NCBI RefSeq assembly: GCF_004010195.1
Contig: NC_057749.1
Coordinates: forward strand, 18,454,488-18,518,487
DNA length: 64,000 bases
Reading direction: 5' to 3'
Source of the DNA: Chiloscyllium plagiosum
Lineage: Eukaryota
A program made the position numbers and the translations under genes. The notes under the pieces were generated by a model. The model saw only the letters and a list, made by a program, of their open reading frames with translations. It was not told the DNA's origin and did not search any database. Each line of letters opens with the position of its first letter. The first letter of the stretch is position 1. Shown in pieces: positions 62,886 to 64,000 of this stretch.

Positions 62886-62971
62886 GTCTATCCTCACCAG
62901 CCATTGTCACAAGCCAACAGGCTGCTGCACAGGCCTCGGTGTCGACCCTGTTCCCACCAGCCAGAAGGTGA
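62886..62971 (+). CDS. ZNF609: ZNF609 last coding exon, (G)LSSPAIVTSQQAAAQASVSTLFPPARR*
   Basis: Acceptor ttaccag ending 62885, TGA at 62969-62971, then gaatg|gtaaga (probable 3'-UTR donor at 62977). C-terminus resembles ZNF609 (LSSxAIVxSQQ...PPxRR*). Confidence 0.93.
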
Positions 62972-63047
62972 GAATGGTAAGAAAAACCAACTCTTTTTCC
63001 CACTTGCACGTTTAGCGATGCTAATAAAAGTCAGTGGTGTTTACTTC

Positions 63048-64000
63048 TTAGAGTCATAGAGATGTACAGCACGGATACAGACCCTTCAGATCAACTCATC
63101 CATGCCAATCAGATATCCTAAATTAATCTAATCCAATTTGCCAGCACTTGGCCCATATCCCTCCAAACCCTTCCTATTCATATACCCATCTTGATGCCTT
63201 TTAAATGCTGTAATTGTACCAGACTCCACCACTTCCTCTGACAGCTCATTCCATACACACACCATCCTCTGCGTGAAAAAGCTGCCCCCTAGATTCCTTT
63301 TAAATTTTTCCCCTCTCACCCTAAACCTGTGCCTCTACTTAGAGTCATAGAGATGTACAGCATGGAAACAGACCTTTCGGTCCAACCTGTCCATGCCGAC
63401 CAGATATCCCAACCCAATCTAGTCCTACCTGCCAGCACCTGGCCCATATCCCTCCAAACCCTTCCTATTCATATACCCATCNNNNNNNNNNNNNNNNNNN
63501 NNNNNNNNNNNNNNNNNNNNNNNNNNNNNNNNNNNNNNNNNNNNNNNNNNNNNNNNNNNNNNNNNNNNNNNNNNNNNNNNNNNNNNNNNNNNNNNNNNNN
63601 NNNNNNNNNNNNNNNNNNNNNNNNNNNNNNNNNNNNNNNNNNNNNNNNNNNNNNNNNNNNNNNNNNNNNNNNNNNNNNNNNNNNNNNNNNNNNNNNNNNN
63701 NNNNNNNNNNNNNNNNNNNNNNNNNNNNNNNNNNNNNNGTACTCAGTACTCTGACCAATAAGGGAAAGCATACCAAATGCCTCCTTCACTATCCTATCTA
63801 CCTGCGACTCCACTTTCAAGGAGCTATGAACCTGCACTCCAAGGTCTCTTTGTTCAGCAACACTCCATAGGACCTTACCATTAAGTGTATAAGTCCTGCT
63901 AAGATTTGCTTTTCCAAAATGCAGCACCTCACATTTCTCCAAATTAAACTTCATCTGCCACTTCTCAGCCCATTGGTCCATCTGGTCAGTATTCCATTGT
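63048..64000 (-). mobile_element. Two head-to-tail CR1 3' ends (63048-63337; 63338-64000)
   Basis: Both start cttagagtcatagagatgtacagc on the + strand. ORFs 63128-63319 and 63469-63981. Confidence 0.9.
63482..63738. other. Assembly gap (257 N)
   Basis: Run of N inside a CR1. Confidence 1.

Overview
Vertebrate genomic DNA, most likely an elasmobranch (shark), inferred from HE1/V-type and Deu-type SINEs, abundant CR1 LINEs and Penelope-like elements (PLEs). The only gene is the 3' part of ZNF609 on the + strand: six coding exons (18772-18859, 23205-25665, 43703-44084, 52769-52944, 60108-60267, 62886-62971) with canonical AG/GT boundaries and matching phases, about 1117 aa, one C2H2 finger. The 5' exons lie upstream of the window. 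The introns are dense with retroelements, and most short ORFs in the track are their debris. Main leads: (1) many PLE-derived insertions carrying minimal hammerhead-ribozyme motifs, several with target-site duplications (TSDs), including a perfect 90-bp palindrome at 13256-13451; (2) a tRNA-headed element continuing directly into EN/RT coding remnants (36440-38850) whose two ends are shared with shorter SINEs; (3) a 74-bp copy of a ZNF609 exon at the 5' junction of a CR1 insertion. Repeat boundaries are approximate unless a TSD is given. Family names and human comparisons come from recalled motifs, not database searches.
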